Virus record (IMG/VR): IMGVR_UViG_3300032250_000366
Span: 1 to 56,624 of that record
DNA: 56,624 bases
DNA from: a virus
Taxonomy: Duplodnaviria; Caudoviricetes
Direction: 5' to 3' (one strand)
The notes beneath the pieces were generated by a model. That model had not been told where the DNA came from, did not search any database, and saw nothing but the letters and a program-made list of their open reading frames with translations. Numbering within the stretch: the stretch's first letter is position 1; the number at the start of each line of letters is the position of its first letter. Shown piece after piece: positions 1 to 9,510 of the stretch. The position numbers were made by a program, and so were the translations under genes.

Positions 1-1343
1 ATAATGATACTGAAGTACTTAATAATCTTACTGCACAAAAGACTGCAGCAGAAGAAGTGGTTGCTGATAAGACAGAGGTAAAGGCAGAAGAGGTTGCAAC
101 ATTAAATCAGCTTACAGAAACTGCTACAGCAACAGTTGAAGCAGCAAATACTCTTGCAAATACAGCCATAACTAAGGTTGATGCAGCAGTAAATGCAATG
201 ACAAATGCTGCTCAAACTGCTACAAATTATTATGCAGAACAGCAAGCAGCAGCACAAGCTGCCGCAGAAGCAGCAGCGTTAGCTTCACAAAGAGCTGCAG
301 AAGCTGCAGCTGCACAAGCAGCACAAGAAGCCGCAGCAGCAGAAGCAAGAGCAGCAAGAGCAGCAGAATTAGCAGCACAGGCTGAAGCAAATAGAATTGC
401 AGCAGAAGCCGCAATTGCTGCAGCAAAGGCTGCAGAAGAAAAAGCAGCAGCAGAAGCTAAGGCTGCAGAAGATGCACGTATAGCAGCAGAACAAGCAGCA
501 AAGGAAGCAGAAGCTGCAAAGGCTAAGGCGGAAGAAGATGCAAGAATTCAAGCAGAAAAAGATGCACAAGCAAAAGCAGATGCTGAGAAAGCAGAAGCAG
601 AAAAATTAGCAGCTGAACAAGCTGCAAAAGAAAAAGCAGAAGCTGATGCTAAATTAGAGGCAGAAAAGAAAGCTAATGAAGAAGCAATAGCAAAGGCGGA
701 GGCAGAAAAGAAAGCTCAAGAAGAAGCTAATGCTAAAGCAAAAGCAGAAAAGAAACAGGCTGCTGAAGATAAAATAGCGGCAGAGAAAGCAGCTAAAGAA
801 GCAGAGCAGGCAGCAAAAGATAAGGCAATTGAAGATGCTAAAAAAGCTGCTGAGTCAGGCAAAGAATTAACTAAAGAGCAAAAGACAGAGGTTGTAGCGG
901 TATTAATTGAAAAGGCATTAGAATCTGGCCAGGCTGTTACTGCAGCACAGGTACAGTCGTCTGGAATTGAATACAAGGATCTACCAGCTTCTACACCAGT
1001 AGAAGTTAGAGCAGATGAAAATGGAAATGCTCTTGTGATAACAGCAGCAGTTGCTGCACAAGTTGAGCTTATACAGGATCCAGCAGCATTAGCACAAGAA
1101 TTATTTACTAATCCAGGAGCTGCAATCGCTGCTCTTGGCAGCATAGGTGCAGATATGACTGAAGAAGAAAGAGAAGAGGCAACTGACATGGTTGTTGCAA
1201 CAGTTGTTGCTGGTGGTGCTGCCATTAACGCAGCAGCAGTTGCCGCAGGAGGAGCCTCTGGAGGAGGCACAGGAGGCGGAGGAAGTTCTGGTGGAGCTTC
1301 AGGAAGCAATTCACCAGGTTCACGAGGAGGAAGAAGATGGTAA
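1..1343 (+). CDS. 5'-truncated Ala/Glu/Lys-rich coiled-coil protein with C-terminal hydrophobic segment and Gly-rich tail
   Basis: Frame is open from nt 3 to the stop at 1343; AEKAAAE-type repeats; VVATVVAGGAAINAAAVAA hydrophobic stretch followed by a GGSSGG tail. Confidence 0.75.
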   Translation, partial: NDTEVLNNLTAQKTAAEEVVADKTEVKAEEVATLNQLTETATATVEAANTLANTAITKVDAAVNAMTNAAQTATNYYAEQQAAAQAAAEAAALASQRAAEAAAAQAAQEAAAAEARAARAAELAAQAEANRIAAEAAIAAAKAAEEKAAAEAKAAEDARIAAEQAAKEAEAAKAKAEEDARIQAEKDAQAKADAEKAEAEKLAAEQAAKEKAEADAKLEAEKKANEEAIAKAEAEKKAQEEANAKAKAEKKQAAEDKIAAEKAAKEAEQAAKDKAIEDAKKAAESGKELTKEQKTEVVAVLIEKALESGQAVTAAQVQSSGIEYKDLPASTPVEVRADENGNALVITAAVAAQVELIQDPAALAQELFTNPGAAIAALGSIGADMTEEEREEATDMVVATVVAGGAAINAAAVAAGGASGGGTGGGGSSGGASGSNSPGSRGGRRW

Positions 1344-1516
1344 GAATAATAAAGAATATCCTAAAGGATATGGTAGACCAAGCATGGACGCTTCTCGGTA
1401 TGTTTATCGCTTGGGTAGTTCTGGACGGAAGTGCAAAGACTATTGTTGGTTATGGAATCATGGCAACAACTGCTCTTTGGATAATTACAAGTCCGATCAG
1501 AAATAGAGAGGATTAA
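1337..1516 (+). CDS. small two-TM membrane protein (59 aa, not in ORF track)
   Basis: Manual translation MVRIIKNILKDMVDQAWTLLGMFIAWVVLDGSAKTIVGYGIMATTALWIITSPIRNRED; GAGGAGG upstream. Confidence 0.7.
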   Translation: MVRIIKNILKDMVDQAWTLLGMFIAWVVLDGSAKTIVGYGIMATTALWIITSPIRNRED

Positions 1517-1518
1517 AA

Positions 1519-1809
1519 ATGGCAAGGAAAAATATAGAAGAACCAAAGCATGTTGGCGGAGGAGCTATAGCTAGCATAAACAATATATTCATGCGTATAG
1601 TAGCCGTATTTGCAGCATCTGGATTATCCGTAATTGGAGCAGGTGCAGTAGTAGGAATTAGCACAGCTAAAGCAGTTATATTAGCTGGGACTCTTGGCGT
1701 TGCCACCGTAGTTGAAAGGCTTGCAAGAGGTTTCCTAGATGATGGCAAATTAACAATTGATGAAATTAACGCTGCTTTTACATCAGTAGATAAAAAAGCT
1801 CAACCGTAG
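1519..1809 (+). CDS. membrane protein (possibly holin-like)
   Basis: Two hydrophobic segments and charged termini; GAGG upstream. Confidence 0.6.
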   Translation: MARKNIEEPKHVGGGAIASINNIFMRIVAVFAASGLSVIGAGAVVGISTAKAVILAGTLGVATVVERLARGFLDDGKLTIDEINAAFTSVDKKAQP

Positions 1810-1821
1810 TATAATTGTACT

Positions 1822-1965
1822 ATGAATAATTACAGCATCAAATTAGAGGTATCTGCTGAAGTTGAAGCATTTTCAGCAGAAGACGCTAGAGACTATATAT
1901 CAGATATCTTTAATGTTGATGATGAAATAAAGTCTGTTAAAATTATAAAAATATCGCAAAAGTAG
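1822..1965 (+). CDS. hypothetical protein (47 aa), probably leaderless
   Basis: MNNYSIKLEVSAEVEAFSAEDARDYISDIF...; TATAAT ends 6 nt before ATG. Confidence 0.6.
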   Translation: MNNYSIKLEVSAEVEAFSAEDARDYISDIFNVDDEIKSVKIIKISQK

Positions 1966-1994
1966 TTGACATGTCCGAATTGTACTAGTATAAT
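1966..1994 (+). promoter_or_regulatory. sigma70/SigA-type promoter for tRNA-Leu/whiB unit
   Basis: TTGACA-N17-TATAAT, perfect consensus. Confidence 0.8.
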
Positions 1995-2008
1995 AGTATT
2001 AGCACCAT

Positions 2009-2092
2009 GCCCGTATGGCGGAATCGGCAGACGCAGCAGACTTAAAATTTGCCTCCAACACTGGAGTGTCGGTTCAAATCCGACTATGGGTA
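2009..2092 (+). tRNA. tRNA-Leu(UAA)
   Basis: Acceptor GCCCGTA/TATGGGT, anticodon arm GCAGA-CTTAAAA-TTTGC, long variable arm, GGTTCAAATCC T-loop. Confidence 0.93.
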
Positions 2093-2108
2093 CTAGATAG
2101 GAAGTTAG

Positions 2109-2342
2109 TTGCTTAACTTAACTGAACTTGGGGTAGAAGTTTTTATGAAAAGATCTAAATCAAAAAATTTAGATTTATTCTGGAACAATTACTCCCTTAT
2201 CATTTGGAAAAAAAACAACTCTGGATTTACTAACAAAAAGGGCTTGTTTAGAAAAAATGAATGGGGTATTGCAGAAGAGTTTGCAATTACTGACGACGGG
2301 CTTTGGAAGCTTCCACTACAATATGTCAAAAATTTTAAATAG
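2109..2342 (+). CDS. hypothetical protein
   Basis: ORF track; TTG start; overlaps the whiB start. Confidence 0.55.
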   Translation: MLNLTELGVEVFMKRSKSKNLDLFWNNYSLIIWKKNNSGFTNKKGLFRKNEWGIAEEFAITDDGLWKLPLQYVKNFK

Positions 2343-2631
2343 TTTACGATTAGATAAAGACTCATTGCAATGGCAGGACCTAGCACTTTGCCTTGGCATG
2401 GAGACAAATCTGTTTTTTGATTCTTATGAAACCGATCCAAATATAGCTAAAAGCATAGACCAGGCATGCATGTCATGTCCAGTTATATCAATGTGCTATA
2501 AGTATGGTGTAGAGTCAGACAACTATGGGGTTTGGGGAGGAGTTTATTTAAGCTCTGGTACACCAGATAAATCAAAGAACTCACACAAAACCAAAGAAGT
2601 AAATAAAAGATTGAAGAATTTACATGGCTAA
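2323..2631 (+). CDS. whiB: WhiB-family Fe-S transcription factor
   Basis: W-x5-C...LFF...C-x2-C-x5-C and GVWGG turn motif; start moved to MSKIL at 2323. Confidence 0.9.
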   Translation: MSKILNSLRLDKDSLQWQDLALCLGMETNLFFDSYETDPNIAKSIDQACMSCPVISMCYKYGVESDNYGVWGGVYLSSGTPDKSKNSHKTKEVNKRLKNLHG

Positions 2632-2947
2632 TTTTATAGATAAAGATAAAAATCACTTTAAATATGGAATAAACCAATGGACTGGTGAAGCCAATAAGCC
2701 AGTGTTTTACACAAAAGAGATGTCAAGAAAAGTGAGAGAGCTAAAAAGCCCTGCACACGACTTACAGATGGATATTGTAAAGTATCCTGAATTTTTAGCA
2801 ATAAGATTATATGAAAACAATTTTTCACAATACGATGGAAGTATGAGACTAAGAGTTATAGAGTATATTGAGATGGTTAAAAAGATCCTGGAATCCTATG
2901 GGGTCAGAGTCGAGTTGGAGGGAAAGCCAGGTGGAAGAACAAGGTGA
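2624..2947 (+). CDS. hypothetical protein
   Basis: 107-aa ORF overlapping the whiB stop. Confidence 0.7.
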   Translation: MANFIDKDKNHFKYGINQWTGEANKPVFYTKEMSRKVRELKSPAHDLQMDIVKYPEFLAIRLYENNFSQYDGSMRLRVIEYIEMVKKILESYGVRVELEGKPGGRTR

Positions 2948-3125
2948 TGTAGCATCCATAGTCTATCTTATCCAAGAGCAGAAGTATGGTGTGATTGTAT
3001 CCTATGGGGCCTATATGTCTACAATAAGGTACCACGATGGTTTTGAAGAGGTAGTAGAGCTTTTTGATTCAAACGATTTTATTGTTTCAAATGAAATCGG
3101 CATTATAAATACAGAGGAAAATTAA
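2931..3125 (+). CDS. hypothetical protein (start uncertain)
   Basis: In-frame GTG at 2931 after GGAGG; ORF track gives 2868..3125. Confidence 0.5.
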   Translation: MEEQGDVASIVYLIQEQKYGVIVSYGAYMSTIRYHDGFEEVVELFDSNDFIVSNEIGIINTEEN

Positions 3126-3361
3126 TGGAAAAAGTACTATGCTATTGTTGCAATAAGAGTAAGGCTAATTTAAATTTAAAGAGATCGAACTTGCTCCCAA
3201 TTAACCTATTGATGTGCGAAACTTGCATATCTAGTAAATTTGAGCCAAGATGGACTATCATTCTATCTGGAAGACAATACGGGCACGAGTCTGTAAAAGA
3301 GTATATCGCAAAGAAAAAATATGTTGGCGAAGATATTAAAGCTTCAGAACTATTAGTTTAA
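3125..3361 (+). CDS. small Cys-rich (putative zinc-binding) protein
   Basis: CYCC...CETC motifs; TAATG coupling to upstream gene. Confidence 0.65.
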   Translation: MEKVLCYCCNKSKANLNLKRSNLLPINLLMCETCISSKFEPRWTIILSGRQYGHESVKEYIAKKKYVGEDIKASELLV

Positions 3362-3391
3362 AGTTATTATTAGGGTATAATTGTATGTATA

Positions 3392-3697
3392 ATGTTCGAT
3401 ATTGCCCAGATAACCATAACTCTTTTAGCCGCTATATCTAGTGGTTTAATTGGCGTTTTATTTAATCATAAAAAAGAGAAGAAAAAAGAAAAGATTAGAA
3501 TTGCTGAAAAAATGCATGATGGTCTTTTAATTGAGCTTAAAGACTTGCAAATTAAATTATATAAGCTAGAAAAAGATTTAGATGAGTGGAAGCAAAAATA
3601 CTATGAGGCTTTACAGGAGCTTATCCATGTAAAGGCTGATTTAGAAGAGTCCCTTATAAAATTGGGTCACATAGACATCCATTTTGAGCACGAATAA
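3392..3697 (+). CDS. N-terminal TM plus coiled-coil protein
   Basis: Hydrophobic N-terminus, heptad-rich C-terminus. Confidence 0.65.
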   Translation: MFDIAQITITLLAAISSGLIGVLFNHKKEKKKEKIRIAEKMHDGLLIELKDLQIKLYKLEKDLDEWKQKYYEALQELIHVKADLEESLIKLGHIDIHFEHE

Positions 3698-3740
3698 TAG
3701 CCTAGTCGACAAAGAATTTTTAAAATAGTATACTAAAAGC

Positions 3741-4298
3741 ATGACATGCATAGTTGCCATTGCCCAAAACGGAACCGTCTATATGGGTTCTGATCATGCT
3801 GCTTCAGATGATAAAACTGGGTGGATCATATCTAGGAAAGAGCCAAAATGTTTTAAGGTTGGCCAATACGCAATAGCATTTACTGATTCATTTAGAATGG
3901 GTCAGATACTACAGTACTCTTGGTCACCCCCAAAGTACACCCCTACAAAAACTAACTCTGGCCTTGATAAGTTTATGAGAACCAAGTTTATAGAGTCTGT
4001 AAAAGTTGCATTTAAAGATGGCGGATATGGAAGCATAGGATCATCTTCAGATGAAGATACAGGCGGCATCTTTATAGTCGGACTTGAAGGAAGAATCTTT
4101 ACTATAGATGAAGACTTCCATGTTGGAGAAAGTGTATTCAACTATATGGCAGAAGGAAGCGGAGGGCAAATTGCTCTAGGAGCTTTGCATGCTACAAAGA
4201 ATCAAAAGAATCCCAAGCTTAGAATTAAAGCAGCACTTGAAGCAGCAACTGAGTTTAATATGGCAGTTGCAGCCCCCTATACATACATTCAAGTTTAA
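3741..4298 (+). CDS. Ntn-hydrolase / HslV-proteasome-beta-like peptidase
   Basis: N-terminal (M)TCIVA with Thr nucleophile position, GSD strand, AEGSGGQIALGAL resembling the HslV AIGSGG motif. Confidence 0.7.
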   Translation: MTCIVAIAQNGTVYMGSDHAASDDKTGWIISRKEPKCFKVGQYAIAFTDSFRMGQILQYSWSPPKYTPTKTNSGLDKFMRTKFIESVKVAFKDGGYGSIGSSSDEDTGGIFIVGLEGRIFTIDEDFHVGESVFNYMAEGSGGQIALGALHATKNQKNPKLRIKAALEAATEFNMAVAAPYTYIQV

Positions 4299-4312
4299 GG
4301 TATAATGATTAT

Positions 4313-4684
4313 ATGAAAATTGCATTCATTGTATCATTGTCGGTATCAATACTTTTATCAGCCTTCTTCTTAAGAATGTTTTTCAAGAGGTTTAAAGTAG
4401 GATTTTATTACATAGATAAATACGAAGAGGCAGTTCAAGAGGCTCTAATATCAATCGTGCAGAGTGATCCAAACTACATCCCACCAATTGATTATGATAA
4501 TGCTATGGACCTCAGAGGGACTCCAACGCATACCTGCCCCTGTGGATCGCAAGTTTGGCTCCTTAAAGTAACATTTAGTGACTACGAAATATCTAACTAC
4601 TTTTTAGATATGGAATGCTTACAGTGTGGCAGTTTGGCCACTGCCCCTACACCAATAGACAGGGCTAACAGTGAGGAAATCTAA
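4313..4684 (+). CDS. membrane-anchored zinc-ribbon protein
   Basis: N-terminal TM; CPCGS and CLQCGS motifs. Confidence 0.6.
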   Translation: MKIAFIVSLSVSILLSAFFLRMFFKRFKVGFYYIDKYEEAVQEALISIVQSDPNYIPPIDYDNAMDLRGTPTHTCPCGSQVWLLKVTFSDYEISNYFLDMECLQCGSLATAPTPIDRANSEEI

Positions 4685-4853
4685 AAGAATAAAGGCTCTT
4701 GAAAATAGAGTAGAAGAGCTTAGCGCTATAACAGACATACTAACAGTTCTATTAAATGACATTGTCAACGGGAAAACAGACCCTGTATTAGATTCTGGAA
4801 AATGGTATCAACAAAAGCCTTGACATCACAGCTATATTTAGTATACTTAGAGT

Positions 4854-5993
4854 ATGAAAAATAAATTAATCACGGCGGTACTTACTTTATCACTTCTATC
4901 ACCTGTTGCAATTTCACAGGCGTCTGGTGCAGATGCACCAGTTCTAGCAATCCTAGATACAGCAATTGACACATCTGTCCCAATCCTTAAAGATAAAATT
5001 GTAGGAGAGGTATGTATACTTGAGTGGGCATTATGTCCGAATGGGACTAATTTCCAAGAAGGCCAAGGCTCTGCCTCAATGTCAGCAGAACAGATCAGCA
5101 AGAATGGCTTTGACCATGGAACATTCATGGCCACTACTGCTATTCAGTCAAACCCTAATATTAAAATTCTTTTCGTAAAAATTATTGCAAATACATCTGC
5201 TGGGCTTCGTAAGCCTGCTGGTGAATCAACTATATCTGCAGCACTTTTTTGGGTAAAAGAAAATGCATCTAAGTATAATATCAAGGCGGTATCTCTTTCT
5301 CAGGGCAGCAATGGAATGCTAGGCAAAGCTGGAACACAGTATTGCCCAACTTTCACAAGAACAATTTCTGCAGTACAATCCTTAAGCTCAATGAACATTC
5401 CTGTATTCTCTGCAGTAGGAAACGCACGAGATTATTCAAGAATTGATTGGCCTTCATGTATTCCTGAAGTTGTTGCAGTAGGTGCAGTAGACCAAATTGG
5501 AGAAATTGCATCTTATAGCAATAATGACAGCAACCTTCTTGACTTTTTTGCTTTAGGCAATATGCCTGCATTTGGTCCAGGAAATATTTCAAAGAATATA
5601 GCTGGTACTTCTTCTGCAACTCAGGTCGCAGCAGCAGCATACCTTAACCTTTTAAATAAAACTGGAAAGTCTGGAGCTGAATTAATTAATGTCATGACTG
5701 CTAATGCAACTAAGACTACTGGAAGACAAGGATCATTTAATAAGCTAATCTCTTTATCCACAGTCATTACTACATCAGTAAGTACTAATTTAGAAGCAGC
5801 TAAAGCAGCAGAAGCAGCTAAAGCAGCAGAAGCAGCTAAAGCAGCAGCTAAGGCAGCAGCTAAGGCAGCGCTTCAACAAGAAGTAAATGCTGCAATTGCA
5901 TTGGCAGAGGCACAGTATCAAAATGAATTAAAGATTGCACAGGATAAGCTTGCTGCAACTAAAGCGATGTGGTTGGCAAAACTTAATGGCTGA
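4854..5993 (+). CDS. secreted subtilisin-like S8 serine protease
   Basis: Signal peptide; catalytic-triad motifs ILDTAID, HGTFMA, GTSSAT; oxyanion AVGN; C-terminal AAKAAE repeats. Confidence 0.85.
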   Translation: MKNKLITAVLTLSLLSPVAISQASGADAPVLAILDTAIDTSVPILKDKIVGEVCILEWALCPNGTNFQEGQGSASMSAEQISKNGFDHGTFMATTAIQSNPNIKILFVKIIANTSAGLRKPAGESTISAALFWVKENASKYNIKAVSLSQGSNGMLGKAGTQYCPTFTRTISAVQSLSSMNIPVFSAVGNARDYSRIDWPSCIPEVVAVGAVDQIGEIASYSNNDSNLLDFFALGNMPAFGPGNISKNIAGTSSATQVAAAAYLNLLNKTGKSGAELINVMTANATKTTGRQGSFNKLISLSTVITTSVSTNLEAAKAAEAAKAAEAAKAAAKAAAKAALQQEVNAAIALAEAQYQNELKIAQDKLAATKAMWLAKLNG

Positions 5994-6192
5994 TATGACT
6001 GTACTAGAAGGAATCATTGAAGATGTTGCAACAGAACTTTATAATAAATGGTCTGCTGCACTCCCTGAAGAAGAAAGAAATCAACAAGCATTTTCTGCTA
6101 TGTCAAAAAATGCACATGAAACTACTTTATTCGTAATCCAAAATTTTATGAATAAATTTAACGCAGCAGCGGAGGCATTAAAAGATAAATGA
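5986..6192 (+). CDS. hypothetical protein
   Basis: MADMTVLE start overlapping the protease stop. Confidence 0.6.
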   Translation: MADMTVLEGIIEDVATELYNKWSAALPEEERNQQAFSAMSKNAHETTLFVIQNFMNKFNAAAEALKDK

Positions 6193-6491
6193 TAGTAACA
6201 GACGGCACTTTTGATAAAGTACTTGAGTCACACAATCTAGTTCTCATTGATTTCTGGGCTGAATGGTGTGGTCCATGCAAAAAGGTTTCACCTATCTTAG
6301 ATGAGATATCTGAGGAGCGTGGCCTATGGGTTGGAAAGTTAAATGTTGATGAGAATCCAGTGAAATCAGATGAATTCGACATCAAGACAATTCCAACTAT
6401 GGTACTATTTAAGTCTGGTATACCAGTAAAAACAATAACGGGAGCTAAGCCTAAACACGTTTTGCTTCAGGAGTTGTCAGAATGGATCTAG
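6189..6491 (+). CDS. trxA: thioredoxin
   Basis: DFWAEWCGPCK active site, IPT cis-Pro motif. Confidence 0.95.
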   Translation: MIVTDGTFDKVLESHNLVLIDFWAEWCGPCKKVSPILDEISEERGLWVGKLNVDENPVKSDEFDIKTIPTMVLFKSGIPVKTITGAKPKHVLLQELSEWI

Positions 6492-6667
6492 ATGAAGACC
6501 ACCTTGAGTTTGAGATATGGCTCAAAAATGGATACGATAGAGGCTGGGTAACAGATGTGTTTTGTAATACGCATGATGGACCACCAATGTCAGAAGAAGA
6601 AATGCAAGAATGGGATGAAGGCGGAGACCCGTGTTCATTTCAAGTAAAAGTAATACCACTAAACTAA
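6482..6667 (+). CDS. hypothetical acidic protein
   Basis: ORF track; CNTHDG and GGDPC motifs. Confidence 0.6.
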   Translation: MDLDEDHLEFEIWLKNGYDRGWVTDVFCNTHDGPPMSEEEMQEWDEGGDPCSFQVKVIPLN

Positions 6668-6706
6668 CTTTCTGTTCTGATCAAAGAGCAGATTAATATA
6701 AGGAGA

Positions 6707-7810
6707 ATGATGAATTCATTTAAGAAAATCTCAATTGCTACTGCTGCAGCTCTAGCAATCGTTGGAATTTCTGTAGCACCTTCGTCGGCAGCACCGCTTG
6801 CCGTTACAGTTGCAACAGTTACTAACGCAACAACTTCTGCAGCGCCTGCAACAGTTGCAGTACCAGCAGCAAACCAGATTACATCTGGAACTTCTGTAGC
6901 ACTAGCAGCAACAGCAGACACAGGAACAGTTGTGTCATTTGTAGCATCAGATACAGTTAAGCTTGTAACTGCGCTACACACAACAGATGCACCTAAGACA
7001 ATTGCATCTGGTGTCTCAACACTATCAGTAACATCTGCTGGATCAGCAGTGACTGTTTATGCTTACACAACAAGCGTAAAGGTTGGAACAGTTACCATTA
7101 CAAATGGTGCTTACTCAACTATTGTTTACATCAAGGGTACAGCAGGAGCAGCATCTAATGTTGCAGTTGCAGTGCCAGCAGCATCAGCAGTTGGTACTAT
7201 TCCAACAGTAACTGTATCTGCTACAGACGTATTTGGAAACCCAATTCTTACAGGTGAGACAATCACTGCTACAGTTCTTGGTTCCACATTCTCAGACGGA
7301 ACAATTACAAAGACACTTGTTACTTCTACAACAGCAGAAGCAACAGCAGATACAACTTTAGTCGCTGGCTCAAAGACTGCATCACTTGCAGTTGGCGTTG
7401 CTGGAACAGTTACAGTTGTAGTCACAGGTGCAACATCAGCAGCAACAGTTGCTGGTTTGGTAGCACCAACAAAGGCAGCGCAGGCAGCGTTTACAGTGTC
7501 TGATCTAAATGGAACAGTAGCAACTCTAACTGCACAGCTCGCAGCAGAGAAGGCTGGTCGTGCACTTGATGCACAGGCAGCAGCAAATGTTCTAGCAGCA
7601 GAGAAGGCTGGTCGTGCAGCAGATAAGGTCGCAGCAGATAAGGCACTTGCAGACGCAAAAGCAGCATCTGATTCAGCAACAGTAACTGCTAAGGCAGCAT
7701 CTGACCTTGCTCTTGCAACAGCAGCAGCAAAGTACAAAGCAGAGTATAACGCTCTTGCTAAGAAGTGGAACGCCAAGAATCCAAAGGCTAAGGTTGCACT
7801 TAAGAAGTAA
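6707..7810 (+). CDS. exported Ala/Thr/Val-rich surface (S-layer-like) protein
   Basis: Sec signal MNSFKKISIATAAALAIVG...AA; beta-rich A/T/V body; C-terminal coiled coil ending YNALAKKWNAKNPKAKVALKK; AAGGAG SD. Confidence 0.7.
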   Translation: MMNSFKKISIATAAALAIVGISVAPSSAAPLAVTVATVTNATTSAAPATVAVPAANQITSGTSVALAATADTGTVVSFVASDTVKLVTALHTTDAPKTIASGVSTLSVTSAGSAVTVYAYTTSVKVGTVTITNGAYSTIVYIKGTAGAASNVAVAVPAASAVGTIPTVTVSATDVFGNPILTGETITATVLGSTFSDGTITKTLVTSTTAEATADTTLVAGSKTASLAVGVAGTVTVVVTGATSAATVAGLVAPTKAAQAAFTVSDLNGTVATLTAQLAAEKAGRALDAQAAANVLAAEKAGRAADKVAADKALADAKAASDSATVTAKAASDLALATAAAKYKAEYNALAKKWNAKNPKAKVALKK

Positions 7811-7820
7811 ATAACTTCGA

Positions 7821-7856
7821 TTAAAGGGGCAGGATCTTTGGGTCTTGCCCCTTTAA
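7821..7856 (+). terminator. intrinsic terminator hairpin
   Basis: TTAAAGGGGCAGGATC-TTTG-GGTCTTGCCCCTTTAA. Confidence 0.8.
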
Positions 7857-7879
7857 TATCTAAATGATAGAATTGGTAT

Positions 7880-8677
7880 ATGAGATTTCATTGGATGGAA
7901 AGAGGTGCTAATACAAGCGTACCTCATATTGAAACAATTTCTGCTATTGTAGATGAGTTTAAGTATGAATCAATGCTGTCGGTATATCACTCTAAGCTAG
8001 ATGACCCATGGATTAAGGCCGCTAGAGCTTTAAATACAAACCACACCTTTAAATATATGCCAGCAATTAGGACTTACGCAATAAGTCCAGAGTACTGTGC
8101 TATGATGTGTAAATCATTTTATCGAATAGCACCAGATAGATTAATGCTAAATATAGTATCTGGTGATCTACACTCTACTGAATCTTCTGTAGAAGACTCT
8201 GTTTTTATTAAAGATTTAATAGATACTCCTGAAAAAAGATTAAAGTATACAGATGAGTGGATAGAAAAATTCCTAACCCTAGCAGGAGAAACAGTTAGCG
8301 GCATTGTAATGGGTGGGCATTCAAATGAAACTAAAAAAATGGTTGAAAAATATAATGGAACACATCTATCAATGCTTAATATGCATAAAAATGCGTATAT
8401 GGATCCAAATATTTTAAAAAACAAAAAGCAAATGGTATCTTTTTCTGTGATAATTAATGAATCAGAAGAAGAAGTAAAAAGAATGACAGACGCTAGCATG
8501 GGATCAGGACAATGGACTCTATCTGGCGATAAAGATAGCGTCAAGAGACAGATTCTTGACCTAAAGAATATAGGGGTGACCGATGTGATGATACATGCAA
8601 ATCCAGAAGATAAAAACCCATCCCTAATTCACTACATGGTACAAGAAATGATTGGGGAACAAAATGGAATCAACTAA
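7880..8677 (+). CDS. luciferase-like (LLM-class) flavin-dependent oxidoreductase
   Basis: MRFHW start, DPWIKAA, KYMPAIR...SPEY, RLMLNIVSG motifs typical of the LLM TIM-barrel family. Confidence 0.7.
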   Translation: MRFHWMERGANTSVPHIETISAIVDEFKYESMLSVYHSKLDDPWIKAARALNTNHTFKYMPAIRTYAISPEYCAMMCKSFYRIAPDRLMLNIVSGDLHSTESSVEDSVFIKDLIDTPEKRLKYTDEWIEKFLTLAGETVSGIVMGGHSNETKKMVEKYNGTHLSMLNMHKNAYMDPNILKNKKQMVSFSVIINESEEEVKRMTDASMGSGQWTLSGDKDSVKRQILDLKNIGVTDVMIHANPEDKNPSLIHYMVQEMIGEQNGIN

Positions 8678-8864
8678 AAGAACTTTATTAAAAACATTAA
8701 GCTGGGAAACTTTTCACCTAGTTGGAGTAGCTGGAGTTATTTATTTATTTACTGGAGAATGGGAGTATGCTAGCCTAGGTGCTCTCATTTATATTGGATG
8801 GGAAGCATTAGGGTACTTTTTACACGAAAGAGTATGGGCTAAATTTGGGAATAAGGTAAAATAA
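8664..8864 (+). CDS. DUF2061-like small membrane protein
   Basis: MES-x2-RTLLKTLSW...YFLHERVW signature. Confidence 0.75.
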   Translation: MESTKRTLLKTLSWETFHLVGVAGVIYLFTGEWEYASLGALIYIGWEALGYFLHERVWAKFGNKVK

Positions 8865-9007
8865 TGGGAAAGCATCACGATAAAATTGCAAAAGCTTTAG
8901 AGCAAAGGCAAGCAGCAACGCCAAATGGGGCGGGATTCAAAAAGCCTGGATCTATGAATAAGAAGAAGACTGGTTATAGAGGCCAAAGAGCAAAAGGTAC
9001 AAAGTAG
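8864..9007 (+). CDS. small basic protein (47 aa)
   Basis: MGKHHDKIAKALEQRQAATPNGAGFKKPGSMNKKK...; TAATG coupling. Confidence 0.6.
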   Translation: MGKHHDKIAKALEQRQAATPNGAGFKKPGSMNKKKTGYRGQRAKGTK

Positions 9008-9202
9008 TGCTTGATGGTTTGTGTGAAATAAAAGACTGTAAAAACAAAGCAACAAGAATAGCTGCAAAGCCAGAGGGTGGCATTATAGACGTTTGCAATG
9101 ACTGCTGGTACAAAAAATACAAGTCTTAATCAACTAAATGCTATAATAGAGGGATAGATGGAGATCTAGACCCATCTAAATACAACCTATAGGAGTAATA
9201 AA

Positions 9203-9349
9203 ATGACAGACGGATTAAATTTAACAGGCTTTAATGATGTAAAGCCAGCGGTACAGCACACAATTGGTGAGCAGTATGCAGCAGCACCAGGATCAGCAGA
9301 TTCTGCATCAGATGTTTCTAACCAGGCATCAGCACAGGGTCCAAAGTAG
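9203..9349 (+). CDS. small protein (48 aa)
   Basis: AGGAG SD; MTDGLNLTGFNDVKP...QGPK. Confidence 0.65.
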   Translation: MTDGLNLTGFNDVKPAVQHTIGEQYAAAPGSADSASDVSNQASAQGPK

Positions 9350-9351
9350 GC

Positions 9352-9510
9352 ATGAGCATTTTTGACAAAGAAGAAGTTGTAGCACCAACACAAGGAGCAG
9401 CAGTTGCTGCTGCAGTTGCGCCTAAGCCAGCTGTATCTAAAGTTGAATGCACAAGAGATACAAGAGGCGAAGCCGCTTGTCCAGTTAAAGATTGCGAGAA
9501 CTGTAACTAA
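9352..9510 (+). CDS. small protein with Cys-rich C-terminus (52 aa)
   Basis: MSIFDKEE...ECTRDTRGEAACPVKDCENCN. Confidence 0.6.
   Translation: MSIFDKEEVVAPTQGAAVAAAVAPKPAVSKVECTRDTRGEAACPVKDCENCN

Noticed and set aside
220-1309. Minus-strand and alternate-frame ORFs over Ala-rich genes (also 7126-7776, 49334-50068, 52471-53769)
   Set aside because: Shadows of GCA/GCT-rich sense codons; low-complexity translations with no start signals
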